Shown in pieces: positions 9,860 to 20,090 of a stretch of 64,000 bases of DNA. Below the pieces are notes generated by a model that saw nothing but the letters and a program-made list of their open reading frames with translations, searched no databases and was not told the origin of the DNA. The position numbers were made by a program, and so were the translations under genes. Positions within the stretch are counted from its first letter, which is position 1. Every line of letters starts with the position of its first letter. This stretch comes from a virus, in the IMG/VR virus record IMGVR_UViG_3300028569_000020, positions 30,543 through 94,542 of that record. The stretch is one strand, 5' to 3'.

Positions 9860-12800
9860 ATGGCTGATTTTAGACTAGGTAGATTAAAATTTAACTGGAG
9901 AGGTTCATGGGCATCTTCTACTGCCTATGTAATTGACGACATTATTTCCTTTAAGGGAAATACCTACGTCTGTGTCGTTAATCACACATCGGCATCATCT
10001 CAAACATCCTGGGCATCCACAGATTTAAATATTGCCACACCAAGATGGCAGTTGCATGTCCCTGGTGTACGGATAATGGGATTGTGGACAGCAAATACAT
10101 TTTATGCAGTAAATGATTTGATTAGTTACGGAGCAAATCAATATCTTTGTGTTACTAACCATACATCAGCTGCAAACGAAACTTTATTCTATTCAAATAT
10201 ATCCAACTGGTCTCTTTATACTTCGGGAATAACGTATAAAGGAGATTGGAATTCTAGTGTGTGGTACAAATTGAATGATATAGTTAAATACGGCAATACT
10301 TTATATTTAACCATATCATCTCACACATCAGGAATTTCGTTTGATTTAACAAAATTTGGTATTTACTTAGAATCTATTAAATTTGAAGATACTTGGAATG
10401 GTGGTGGAGAATATCAACCAGGAGATATTGTAACCTTTGGTGGTTATGCTTACATTGCAAAAACTATTAACACTAATAGGCAACCAAATATCTATAATGT
10501 ATCTACTGCTCCAGGTGGAGGACCCGCTATAGCAGATTGGAATATTGTAACAACTGGTTTTGACACCAAAGGAGAATACAATAATTCTTCAATCTATGTT
10601 CCTGGTGATCTTGTGCAATTTGGTGGCAACACTTATGTAAAAATTGCTACTGGTGCAGCTGGTGTTTATCCAACAAACACTGCTGCATGGGATCAAGTTG
10701 GCCGAGGTTTAAATTGGAGAGGTCCATGGACTTCGAGCGCAATATATCAAGTTAATGATGTCGTTTCTAAATCTTCTGCTAGTTGGGTTAACTTAACTGC
10801 TCACAATACTAACATCGATCCAGTTGCTGACGGTGGTGCTAATTGGCAAGCAGTTGCTCAAGGAGAATCAACATTAACTCTGCAAGATCCTGGAGATATT
10901 CTTTATAGAAATGCTGCTGGTGCTAACGTTAATTTGCCAATCGGCACAAACGGAAAAATTTTAACTGTATCGGCAACTGGTTTACCAAATTGGGAAAGAA
11001 ATAATTCATGTGCTAATGTTTTTTACGTAGCAACTGATGGTGTAGATAGTGCATCATATGGTAAAAATATTTCTAAACCATGGTCAACTTTAAGATATGC
11101 ATTATCACAACTTCCAGTAGGAAATACACATAATGTAAATACAGTTTATGTTAAGTCTGGTACTTATGCAGAGCAACTTCCATTAATAGTACCTCCATAT
11201 ACTTCCATTATTGGAGATGACCTTCGTTCTACAATTATCAAACCGATTGCAACTGGAGTAGCATACACAACTCCTTTAGCGGTTACTCGTGTTGACGCTA
11301 ATACATTTACAGTTAATTCTGGACCTTCAAATTATACTGGTGCACACACATTTGTAAGTGCAATCACAAATGGTATAACAAGAGGTGCTGGTACAGCAGC
11401 TGCTGTTTCTGGCACAATTACTGCATTGAATGCAACTTACAATCCAACATCTGGTCTTGTAGCAATTACATCAACTGCACACGGATTAGTAACTGGAAAT
11501 ACCGCATTATTTGCTCCAGATTGCTTAGTATTCAAATGTGCTCGTGATAATTACACAGCAAATCATAGTTATCCATCATCTACTGGTATGTCACTTGACT
11601 CAGTGCCAGTTGAAAATAGATTCTCTACTATGTTTTATGTTTCAGAATCTACTATTCTGAGAGATTTGGTTATGACAGGAATGGAAGGATTCACTCCTGC
11701 AGGAGGAGTAGATGCTCCTGATATTACTCAAGCAATTGTCAGAGGTGTATTCTTACGACTTAATCCTAATGTGCCAATTACTGGCAAATCACCATATATT
11801 TCACAATGCTCTGCATTCTCTGGTAGACCAGCAGGAAGCGCAACATATTGCACAGGCGGTGTCGGAGCAATTATCGACAAATCTGTCTATGGATCTGATG
11901 TATCAAACGGATCAATGCTGTTTGATTCCTTTACTCAATTCAATGATTTGGGAGTAGGATTCTGGTGTAAAGATCAAGGTAATGCAGAAATTGTTTCTTC
12001 CTTCACATATTATTGTCACGTCGGTTATACTTGCACAGGAGGCGGAAGAATTCGCTCTCTTGTTGGTAATAACTCATGGGGTAACTACGGTGCTGTTGCT
12101 TCTGGATTCGATACAACAGAAACTGCAGTTACAGGTACAGTTAGAGGGCAAAGACTTAATTTTGTATATGCAGAAAACAGTCCATTATTTAAACAGACTG
12201 AGCAAGTTGCTCAAAGCACTTTCGGATCTGCAGATTATGCACTTGCTTTAATTTTATATGTGCAGTCGAATTATTTAATTATAGAGCCAATTACAGGTAC
12301 ATTTGCAAATTCTAAACCAATTACAGGAGTTGGCGCAGCAGGTGTTGTTCCTTCTTCAGCAGTTGCTACAACCGCTGCTGGTGGCGCTACACCTGCTTTA
12401 GAAGGTGTTAAGGGTAAAATCTTCCCACTAACTAATCTAGCGGTTGTGGGTGGATCAGCAGTGCTTCCAAAGATTACTGGCGCTACTAAATTCTTAAATG
12501 TATCTGGTGCTTCGCAATATAATGATAGTGGATATTTTGTTATTAAGGAAGTAGTAGATTCTTCAACTGCAACGAATATTTTTATCTCTAATCTAAGACA
12601 GTTTGATGTGCCTGGTACTCATCCTACTTCGCTTAATATAGCGTCGATGAGTAGATCATCTAACGTTGCAACCATTGTTTGCTCTGCATCTCATGGTATG
12701 ACTACTGGTGACAAAGTTGTTGTTACTATTGCATCTGCTGTTGCTACTGCTAGACAATTTGCTACTGGATATGATGCATCAGATAACGGAATTATAAAAG

Positions 12801-15043
12801 GAATTCTTGGTGGAGTTTTACAAAGAACTACTGTAACCGTTACTACTGGTAATACATTTACTTATTCTAATACTGGAAGTGACATTACAATTGCAAGTGG
12901 AGATGCTAGACTTACTGATTCTAAGGTTTATAGATCTAATAAAACTGGAGGAAGCACTCCCTCATTACATTCTGGTGGTGCAGCAGTAGATCTTTATAAT
13001 GTTTCTTCTCAAACTGGTGTTTTAAACAAAGTTGGTACTTCTGGTCTCGCTGGTGGCGATACTGAAGTTTCATTTGATGATGAAACTGGTCCAAATTTTC
13101 TTGCTGCCGCATCTGCTGGAGCAAATAACTTTTTACTTATTGATAATGAATTATGTAATATTACTGCTGTTGGGGCATCAAGTATTACTATTACAAGAGC
13201 TCAACAAGGAACTGCTGCAGCGCAGCACGTTGACGGTAGCATAATTTTCTATGTAACAAAAACTTCAAACAGCACTACTTTACGAGGTGACGTTGATACG
13301 GCAACATTAGATGCTCCGTTATTCTCAATCTCAGGATTTGATGCTAACGACATTGTAAAAATTGATAATGAATTTTTCCGTGTTACTTCGGTAAATACAC
13401 CACTGGTTGGTAGAGCAACAATTATTTTCTCTCAACCAAAAAATATTATTACTAATAATGGTCAAGGAGTAGAAATTCGTTTGCGCTATTCACAAGTGCG
13501 TATGACAGGTCATGACTTCTTGCAAATAGGCACTGGTGGTAAATCTACTACTAATTGGCCTGGCACACCAATAAATACGCCAATACAAAATAATGAAGTT
13601 GTAGAAAATTTCCCTGGAAGATGTTATTATGTTTCATCTGACCAAGATGGTAACTTCCGAGTTGGTGAATTCTTTACCGTTGAGCAGGCAACAGGTACTG
13701 CAACACTTGATGCTACTGCTTTTAACTTAAGCGGTTTGTCTTCATTACGTCTTGGCACATTAGGTGCTGAGTTGGGAGTTTCTATTAATGAATTTTCTTC
13801 TGACATACTGTTAGGCGCTGATTTCTCTAGAGATTCTGCGGTGCCAACTCAGCTTGCTGTTAAAACTTATGTAGACAATCAAACTGGTAGTGGTATCTCA
13901 AGACTTGCTCCAAATCTATCTGTTGCTACAGCAGCATCAGTTGGCACTACCGCCACATTAACTACTTTTGCTACGCACAATATTTACCAAGGCGATATTG
14001 TTGTAATATCAGGAGCAGCTCAAGCAAATTATAATGGAACGTTTACAGTAACGGCAATCAATGTTGGTGCTAAGACAATTACATATACCATGTCTGGTAG
14101 TGCTTTGTCTCCTGCCACAGGAACCATTAACATAGAAAGAAAACAAAAAGTAGTTTCTGATCTTAATATTGTTGGTGAATTTAATATTAGACCAACTTGG
14201 AATACTGCTTCTAGCACTCAAGCATTATTAATTGATGCAACTAACACACTATCAGGTGCTGGCACTACATTAATTGACGCTAAAGTTGGTGGCACAAGTA
14301 AATTCTTTGTTGACAAAGATGGAAATGTTACCGCTGGTGGTAGTTTAACTGTTGCTGGCACGACAACTACTATTAATTCAACTGATTTATCAATTACAGA
14401 TAAAATAATTATTGTTGCAAGTGGAGCAACAAATGCTTCTACAGCAAATGATTCTGGATTACAACTTGGATCAAGCAACTTAAGTTTCAAATTTGATAAT
14501 GCAAACAGCAAATGGAATCTACCAAACGCTGGATTAAATATAGGAGGTACGTTAGAAATTAGCGGCACCTCTGTATTATCATCTTCAACACTTGGATCTG
14601 GTATTCTTAATTCATCACTTACAAGTATTGGCACTTTATCTACATTAAATGTAACAGGTAATTCTAAGATTGCGTCTGTAACAGAAAAAACTGAGATTAG
14701 AGCTGCTAGTCAGAGTGGCACTCAAACATATAGTTATAATGATGCTGCTATTTTCTATCATCCTTCAGTTGGTGGAAATATTACTGTAGCACTAACTAAC
14801 ATTCCAACTGATGCTTCTAAATCACATTCTGTTGCAATTGTCTTTACCCAAGGTGGCACTGCATATAACATTTCTACTGCGGTTGGTGTAAATGGAGCAT
14901 CGATTACTTGTAAATGGAGCGATGCTCTGCAACCAACAGGCACTGCTAGTAGATCAGATGTTTGGAATTTTACAATTATCAACACAAGTACAACTGCCAC
15001 ACCTAGTTACACTGTGATTGGATCAAAATCCACTTTTGGTTAA
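9860..15043 (+). CDS. Giant tail fibre/baseplate appendage with six CBM5/12-like repeats and a pectin-lyase-like beta-helix
   Basis: MADFRLGRLKF N-terminus; six ~50-aa (W/Y)xGxW...Y..D.V.(Y/F)G..Y repeats; FYVATDG.D...G...PW.TL..AL...V.VKSGTY.E beta-helix cap; several HG...GD.V repeats. Confidence 0.75.
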   Translation: MADFRLGRLKFNWRGSWASSTAYVIDDIISFKGNTYVCVVNHTSASSQTSWASTDLNIATPRWQLHVPGVRIMGLWTANTFYAVNDLISYGANQYLCVTNHTSAANETLFYSNISNWSLYTSGITYKGDWNSSVWYKLNDIVKYGNTLYLTISSHTSGISFDLTKFGIYLESIKFEDTWNGGGEYQPGDIVTFGGYAYIAKTINTNRQPNIYNVSTAPGGGPAIADWNIVTTGFDTKGEYNNSSIYVPGDLVQFGGNTYVKIATGAAGVYPTNTAAWDQVGRGLNWRGPWTSSAIYQVNDVVSKSSASWVNLTAHNTNIDPVADGGANWQAVAQGESTLTLQDPGDILYRNAAGANVNLPIGTNGKILTVSATGLPNWERNNSCANVFYVATDGVDSASYGKNISKPWSTLRYALSQLPVGNTHNVNTVYVKSGTYAEQLPLIVPPYTSIIGDDLRSTIIKPIATGVAYTTPLAVTRVDANTFTVNSGPSNYTGAHTFVSAITNGITRGAGTAAAVSGTITALNATYNPTSGLVAITSTAHGLVTGNTALFAPDCLVFKCARDNYTANHSYPSSTGMSLDSVPVENRFSTMFYVSESTILRDLVMTGMEGFTPAGGVDAPDITQAIVRGVFLRLNPNVPITGKSPYISQCSAFSGRPAGSATYCTGGVGAIIDKSVYGSDVSNGSMLFDSFTQFNDLGVGFWCKDQGNAEIVSSFTYYCHVGYTCTGGGRIRSLVGNNSWGNYGAVASGFDTTETAVTGTVRGQRLNFVYAENSPLFKQTEQVAQSTFGSADYALALILYVQSNYLIIEPITGTFANSKPITGVGAAGVVPSSAVATTAAGGATPALEGVKGKIFPLTNLAVVGGSAVLPKITGATKFLNVSGASQYNDSGYFVIKEVVDSSTATNIFISNLRQFDVPGTHPTSLNIASMSRSSNVATIVCSASHGMTTGDKVVVTIASAVATARQFATGYDASDNGIIKGILGGVLQRTTVTVTTGNTFTYSNTGSDITIASGDARLTDSKVYRSNKTGGSTPSLHSGGAAVDLYNVSSQTGVLNKVGTSGLAGGDTEVSFDDETGPNFLAAASAGANNFLLIDNELCNITAVGASSITITRAQQGTAAAQHVDGSIIFYVTKTSNSTTLRGDVDTATLDAPLFSISGFDANDIVKIDNEFFRVTSVNTPLVGRATIIFSQPKNIITNNGQGVEIRLRYSQVRMTGHDFLQIGTGGKSTTNWPGTPINTPIQNNEVVENFPGRCYYVSSDQDGNFRVGEFFTVEQATGTATLDATAFNLSGLSSLRLGTLGAELGVSINEFSSDILLGADFSRDSAVPTQLAVKTYVDNQTGSGISRLAPNLSVATAASVGTTATLTTFATHNIYQGDIVVISGAAQANYNGTFTVTAINVGAKTITYTMSGSALSPATGTINIERKQKVVSDLNIVGEFNIRPTWNTASSTQALLIDATNTLSGAGTTLIDAKVGGTSKFFVDKDGNVTAGGSLTVAGTTTTINSTDLSITDKIIIVASGATNASTANDSGLQLGSSNLSFKFDNANSKWNLPNAGLNIGGTLEISGTSVLSSSTLGSGILNSSLTSIGTLSTLNVTGNSKIASVTEKTEIRAASQSGTQTYSYNDAAIFYHPSVGGNITVALTNIPTDASKSHSVAIVFTQGGTAYNISTAVGVNGASITCKWSDALQPTGTASRSDVWNFTIINTSTTATPSYTVIGSKSTFG

Positions 15044-15082
15044 TAAACATTCAATATAACTACTATACGGAGAAATAAAAAA

Positions 15083-16933
15083 ATGAGCCCTATAATTGGA
15101 AGTTTTACGAGCGGAAGAGCTTTTGGTAAATTAAAATCGGGAGGTGGTGGAATTCCATCTGAATATTTTTCAGTTAACGGATACAATTTGATTTCTGGAA
15201 TTAGTGGATCGGTAAATTCAGAATGGGAAAAAGTATATTCTACTCCTGGATCATATACATATCAACACCCACCGACAGCAACTGAAGCATATGTTTTAAT
15301 TGTTGGTGGCGGTGCAGGTGGCGGAGCATATCATGCAGGTGGTGGGGGAGCAGGTGGAGTAGTATATGGAAAAATTAATTTAACAGCGGCAGGATCAACT
15401 GCAGTTGTAGTTGGAGATAGAGGTAGAGGTGGCCAGCGGGATGGTAATGGTAGTAATGATGGAGAGCAAGGAGCAGATAGTCAATTTGGTACTTTTGTTG
15501 CTAAGGGTGGTGGTGGCGGTCGGTGGAGATGTACTTCTGTAGACGGTGGATCTGGAGGTGGTGGAGGACATCACGCAAGTAGTCAATGTGGGCAGAGTGA
15601 GAGAATGAGTGTTTCGACTCAACCTTCTTATAGTGGTATGCGTACACTTGGCCATGGTGGGGGACATGGACAGAATGGCCATGGTGCTGGCGGTGGTGGT
15701 GGTGCTGGACGTGCTGGAGATCTTTCTATTACTGGTGGTAGAAATGGTCAAGGTGGAGCAGGTACTTTCTTATTGGGTAGAGGTATTGCTGGCGGTGGAG
15801 GTGGAGGTGCTTACAGTGGACAACTTAACGTTGCCATGCCAGGTGGATCTGGTGGTGGTGGACATGGAAGAACTGAAAATGTATCAGCAGATCAAGCAAC
15901 TTCTCATGGTTCTGGGGGTGGCGGAGGTGGTCACACTTCTGGATCTGGTGGATCTGGATCTGTTGGATTGGTTGCTATTAAATTACATGCTGGAGAATCG
16001 ATTGGACAACTAATTTCAAACACATATTTTTCAAATAATGGTTTTAGTTTAGTTAGTGGCAGTGGAGGAAATGCTACTTATAGAAAAGATTTTACATCTG
16101 CATCATCTTTCACATTTACTGCTCCAGATGTTAATGGCACAGCCAGGATCATTTTAGTTGGTGGAGGTGGTCAATCTGCTGCAGCTCATGCTGGCGGTGG
16201 TGGCGGTGGTGGAGTTGTAATAGGAAATTATTCTTTTACAGCAAATCAAAGTATTAATGGTATTGTTGGTCCTGGAGGTAGTGCGGGCACATCCTATGGA
16301 GGTCCTGGTAATAATGGAGGTAATTCTACATTTGGTATCTGGACTGCTCTAGGTGGTGGTGGTGGCGACGGAACTAACTCAAGTCAAGGTGCCAACGCTG
16401 GTGGTTCTGGAGGAGGTGGAGGTCCTTCTTCTGGTGCTCCTAACAGCGGACATACTGCTGGAGGTGGATCTAATCAACCTGGACAATCTAATCCTGGAGC
16501 ATATTATAACTTAGGACATGCGGGAGGTGCAGGTAATATAGTATATGGCGCTCATGCATCTGGCGGTGGTGGAGGAGCAGGAGGGCACGGACATATTAGT
16601 AATGGAACTGCATCGGGTGGTACTCATTCTAAAGCAAATGCAGACGGTGGAATGGGATATTATTCACCGTTTTTAAATACTCATTGGGGTGGCGGCGGCG
16701 GCGGCGGCGGTCATAATGGTAATGCTTGGAATGCAGGCGGAACAGGAGGACTTGGCGGCGGCGGTGATGGATCAGGTGAGGGTGGCAAAGGTGGTGCAGG
16801 TGGTAATAATACAGGAGGAGGTGGAGGTGGATCTGGTCACGGAAGTGGTGATGGATCGGCATCTGCTGGCGGCAGTGGTGTTTGTATTGTTTTACTACGA
16901 GCAGATGCCGTCGCATCTAGGATTCCCGAATAA
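15083..16933 (+). CDS. Glycine-rich receptor-binding/adhesin-like protein with two tandem Gly-rich domains
   Basis: Two copies of YFS.NG..L.SG..G...(Y/F)T...T(Y/F)..P....(V/I)L(I/V)VGGG..GG...HAGGGG.GGVV, each ending GSG(L/V)..(I/V).. Confidence 0.75.
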   Translation: MSPIIGSFTSGRAFGKLKSGGGGIPSEYFSVNGYNLISGISGSVNSEWEKVYSTPGSYTYQHPPTATEAYVLIVGGGAGGGAYHAGGGGAGGVVYGKINLTAAGSTAVVVGDRGRGGQRDGNGSNDGEQGADSQFGTFVAKGGGGGRWRCTSVDGGSGGGGGHHASSQCGQSERMSVSTQPSYSGMRTLGHGGGHGQNGHGAGGGGGAGRAGDLSITGGRNGQGGAGTFLLGRGIAGGGGGGAYSGQLNVAMPGGSGGGGHGRTENVSADQATSHGSGGGGGGHTSGSGGSGSVGLVAIKLHAGESIGQLISNTYFSNNGFSLVSGSGGNATYRKDFTSASSFTFTAPDVNGTARIILVGGGGQSAAAHAGGGGGGGVVIGNYSFTANQSINGIVGPGGSAGTSYGGPGNNGGNSTFGIWTALGGGGGDGTNSSQGANAGGSGGGGGPSSGAPNSGHTAGGGSNQPGQSNPGAYYNLGHAGGAGNIVYGAHASGGGGGAGGHGHISNGTASGGTHSKANADGGMGYYSPFLNTHWGGGGGGGGHNGNAWNAGGTGGLGGGGDGSGEGGKGGAGGNNTGGGGGGSGHGSGDGSASAGGSGVCIVLLRADAVASRIPE

Positions 16934-16962
16934 TTGACAAAAATCAACAGATGTGATATAAT
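16934..16962 (+). promoter_or_regulatory. Perfect sigma70 promoter TTGACA-17-TATAAT
   Basis: TTGACA at 16934-16939, 17-nt spacer ending TGA, TATAAT at 16957-16962. Confidence 0.85.
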
Positions 16963-16986
16963 TTAATTATACATACTACATTTTAT

Positions 16987-17550
16987 ATGATTAAAATAAT
17001 AGATAATGTAATCTCGTCTAGGTATCGAAATAACATAGAAGCAATTTTTTTTAGTGATGATTGTTATTGGAATTTCAATACCAACGTTTCTGGAGATAAT
17101 AAAACAAAACAAGTTGGATTATCACATCAAATAATATACAATTTTAAACATCACAGCAAACATGTAGATTTTCTATTACCATTAGTATTCGAAATTTCTG
17201 ATAAATCAAATGTAAATTTTGATGCTATTCTACAAGCAAGAGCATTTTTGCAACCAGCTTCTACTTGTGAATATGATAATGATGTTTTTCATGTAGATGT
17301 TTTTAGAAATCATATGGTATTTTTATATTATGTAAATGATTCTGACGGCGATACTATCATTCTAAATAAAAAATATGGTGACGAGCAACCTTCTTTTCTT
17401 GACCGAAATTATAGAAAAGAAGATATCTTGGAAAAGGTAACTCCTAAAAAAGGAAGAGTTGTAGTCTTTGACGGTCATCACTATCACGCAGCTGGAATAC
17501 CCCAGACATCACATAGGTGCATTTTAAATTTTAACGTAGTAAAGCATTAA
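16987..17550 (+). CDS. 2OG-Fe(II) oxygenase
   Basis: HxD (FHVD), YYVNDSDGDT, PKKGRVVVFDG..YH and a distal R.ILNFN: the HxD...H...R signature. Confidence 0.85.
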   Translation: MIKIIDNVISSRYRNNIEAIFFSDDCYWNFNTNVSGDNKTKQVGLSHQIIYNFKHHSKHVDFLLPLVFEISDKSNVNFDAILQARAFLQPASTCEYDNDVFHVDVFRNHMVFLYYVNDSDGDTIILNKKYGDEQPSFLDRNYRKEDILEKVTPKKGRVVVFDGHHYHAAGIPQTSHRCILNFNVVKH

Positions 17551-17640
17551 ATAATGCACAATGTAAATACGTTTTAAATATTAACTATTTTTAATCGTAT
17601 AAATTATTAATATAACTTCATCATTATTCTGGAGAAAAAT

Positions 17641-19230
17641 ATGGCTTGGAAATCAGATAAAATTGTTATTATTGGAGGAGGATCTGCAGGATGGATGAGC
17701 GCATCAACATTAGTTAGATTCTTTCCAAATAAAGATATTACGGTTATAGAAAGTCCCGATATTCCAACAGTTGGAGTTGGAGAAAGTACTCTAGGATTTA
17801 TTAGAGCATGGACATCTTCTTTAGGAATTGACGAAAAAGATTTTATGAAGCACACTGATGCCTCATATAAATTAAGTATTAAATTTACAGATTTTTATAA
17901 AAAAAATTCAGGAGGATTTCATTATCCATTTGGTACTCCACATTTCACTGATAAAAATTTTCTTGGATTGCGAGATTGGGATTTAAAAAAACATTATTAT
18001 CCTGATACTCGAGTACAAGATTATTGTAGAACATTTTTTCCTGCAATGGCTTTGATAGAAAATAATAAAATTAGTCAAAATGAAGGTGGAGAATTTGGAG
18101 CATTTAGATTTGACAATGACGTAGCATATCACTTTGATTCTGTTAAATTTTCAATTTGGCTACGAGATAATTATGCTTTACCCAGAGGAGTAAAACATAT
18201 TAAAGCAACAGTTAAAAACGTTGTTACTGATGATAGTGGGGTAAAAGAAGTTATTCTTGATAGCGGAGATGTAATCACCGCTGATTTATTTGTTGATTGC
18301 ACTGGATGGAAAAGTATGCTTTTGGGCGATGCTTTAAAAGTTCCTTTCACTTCATATAATGATATTATTCCAAATAATAGAGCATGGGCAACTCAGGTGC
18401 CTTATATAAATCCAGAAGAAGAAATGGAACCATATACAAATTGCACAGCAATTGATAATGGTTGGGTTTGGAATATTCCACTATTTACCAGAATTGGTAC
18501 AGGATATGTTTATAGCGACAAATATATTTCTAAAGAAGATGCCTTAAATCAATTTAAAAATCATCTTAAAACTAAGATGACAATTGTTGATGCCAATAGA
18601 ATTACTGATGATTTAAACTTTAAAGATATTGAAATGAGAATTGGTATTCATGATAGACCATGGGAAAAAAATGTAGTTTCTATTGGATTAGCATGTGGAT
18701 TTATAGAACCATTAGAAAGTAATGGTCTTCTTACAATACACGAATTTTTATTAAAATTAGTAAAATATTTAAACAGAGAAATTATTTCTCAATGGGATAT
18801 TGATAGTTATAATACTGGCACAAAAAGATTTTTCAGAACTTTTGCTGAATTTGTTGCTTTACATTACGCATTAAGTGCAAGAAACGATACTGAATATTGG
18901 AATGATGTCACTAGTAAAAGTTTTTCTCCATCTATGGTTGATTTAGTACCTTCAATGGTAGAAGGATTTGCGGATATGTCATCTAAAAAATTTGATGTTA
19001 GCGATTTTAATAATACTGCAGGAATCCATTGTTTAGCTCATGGGATGAGATATGATACTATTGATGAATCAGTAATTGCACAATGGTCACATTATAATAA
19101 GCACGTAGATTATAAAAAAATAACAGATGAATTAATTCCTATATGGAATAAAGAGCAAAGACAATGGAAGCGAGAAGCAGAAGATTGTCCCACTGTTTAT
19201 GAATATTTGAAAAATAATATTCATAATTAA
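17641..19230 (+). CDS. prnA: Flavin-dependent (tryptophan-halogenase-family) halogenase
   Basis: FAD motif IIGGGSAGW, VGVGEST, catalytic-Lys region ASYKLSIKF, halogenase signature WVWNIP, FIEPLES. Confidence 0.88.
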   Translation: MAWKSDKIVIIGGGSAGWMSASTLVRFFPNKDITVIESPDIPTVGVGESTLGFIRAWTSSLGIDEKDFMKHTDASYKLSIKFTDFYKKNSGGFHYPFGTPHFTDKNFLGLRDWDLKKHYYPDTRVQDYCRTFFPAMALIENNKISQNEGGEFGAFRFDNDVAYHFDSVKFSIWLRDNYALPRGVKHIKATVKNVVTDDSGVKEVILDSGDVITADLFVDCTGWKSMLLGDALKVPFTSYNDIIPNNRAWATQVPYINPEEEMEPYTNCTAIDNGWVWNIPLFTRIGTGYVYSDKYISKEDALNQFKNHLKTKMTIVDANRITDDLNFKDIEMRIGIHDRPWEKNVVSIGLACGFIEPLESNGLLTIHEFLLKLVKYLNREIISQWDIDSYNTGTKRFFRTFAEFVALHYALSARNDTEYWNDVTSKSFSPSMVDLVPSMVEGFADMSSKKFDVSDFNNTAGIHCLAHGMRYDTIDESVIAQWSHYNKHVDYKKITDELIPIWNKEQRQWKREAEDCPTVYEYLKNNIHN

Positions 19231-19233
19231 TTT

Positions 19234-19270
19234 AAAACCCTTCTTATAAATACATAAGAAGGGTTTTTTT
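19234..19270 (+). terminator. Intrinsic (possibly bidirectional) terminator with late promoter TATAAATA (19245-19252) across its loop
   Basis: 14-bp perfect stem AAAACCCTTCTTAT/ATAAGAAGGGTTTT plus a T-tract. Confidence 0.8.
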
Positions 19271-19276
19271 GTATTC

Positions 19277-20089
19277 ATGTCCAAGTCTCAACCAGCTACA
19301 AGAGAAGAGTTGAAAGAATACTGTCTTCGTAGATTGGGAGCTCCTGTTCTGGAAATTAACGTTGACGAAGATCAGATTGAAGATCTTATTGATATGTCTT
19401 TACAGTATTTTAATGAGCGACATTCTGATGGTGTTGAAAAAATGTTTCTTAAACATAAATTCACTGAAGCAGATGTAACAAGATTTCAAACAAGTAATGC
19501 TATCACCACTTCTTCAAATGGTGACACATGGGAAGAGCGTAATAATTACTTAGAGGTGCCAGATCACATTATTGGAGTAGAAAGATTATTCTCGTTTGTT
19601 TCTTCTTCTATTCGTGGTGATTTATTTGGTATAGAATATCAAATGTTTCTTAATGATCTTTATGCATTTGGATCTCTTGATATTTTAAACTATTACATGA
19701 CAAAATCATATCTAGAAACATTGGATATGGTTTTAAATACTGGGTCTATGATTCAGTTACGATATACCAAACGTCAAAATCGTTTGTATATTGATTACGA
19801 GCCTAAAACTATCACCAAAGATAGAATCATTGTTGTTGAATGTTATCGAGCACTCAACCCAAATGATTATGTAAAAATATTTAATGATAGTTTTTTAAAA
19901 CGTTATATTTCTGCACAAATTAAAAAACAATGGGGGCAAAACCTTATCAAATTTAATGGAGTGCAACTTCCTGGTGGAGTTTCTCTTAATGGAGAAAAAT
20001 TATACGAAGAAGGAAAAGCGGAAATTGCTGATATTGAAAACAAAATGCAATCGGAATATGAATTACCACCAAACTTTTTGACAGGTTAA
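19277..20089 (+). CDS. gp13: Neck protein gp13
   Basis: LKEYCLRRLGAPVLEINV; K.QWGQNLIKF.GVQLPGGV.LNG; first gene of the T4 13-14-15 synteny. Confidence 0.93.
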   Translation: MSKSQPATREELKEYCLRRLGAPVLEINVDEDQIEDLIDMSLQYFNERHSDGVEKMFLKHKFTEADVTRFQTSNAITTSSNGDTWEERNNYLEVPDHIIGVERLFSFVSSSIRGDLFGIEYQMFLNDLYAFGSLDILNYYMTKSYLETLDMVLNTGSMIQLRYTKRQNRLYIDYEPKTITKDRIIVVECYRALNPNDYVKIFNDSFLKRYISAQIKKQWGQNLIKFNGVQLPGGVSLNGEKLYEEGKAEIADIENKMQSEYELPPNFLTG

Positions 20090-20090
20090 T

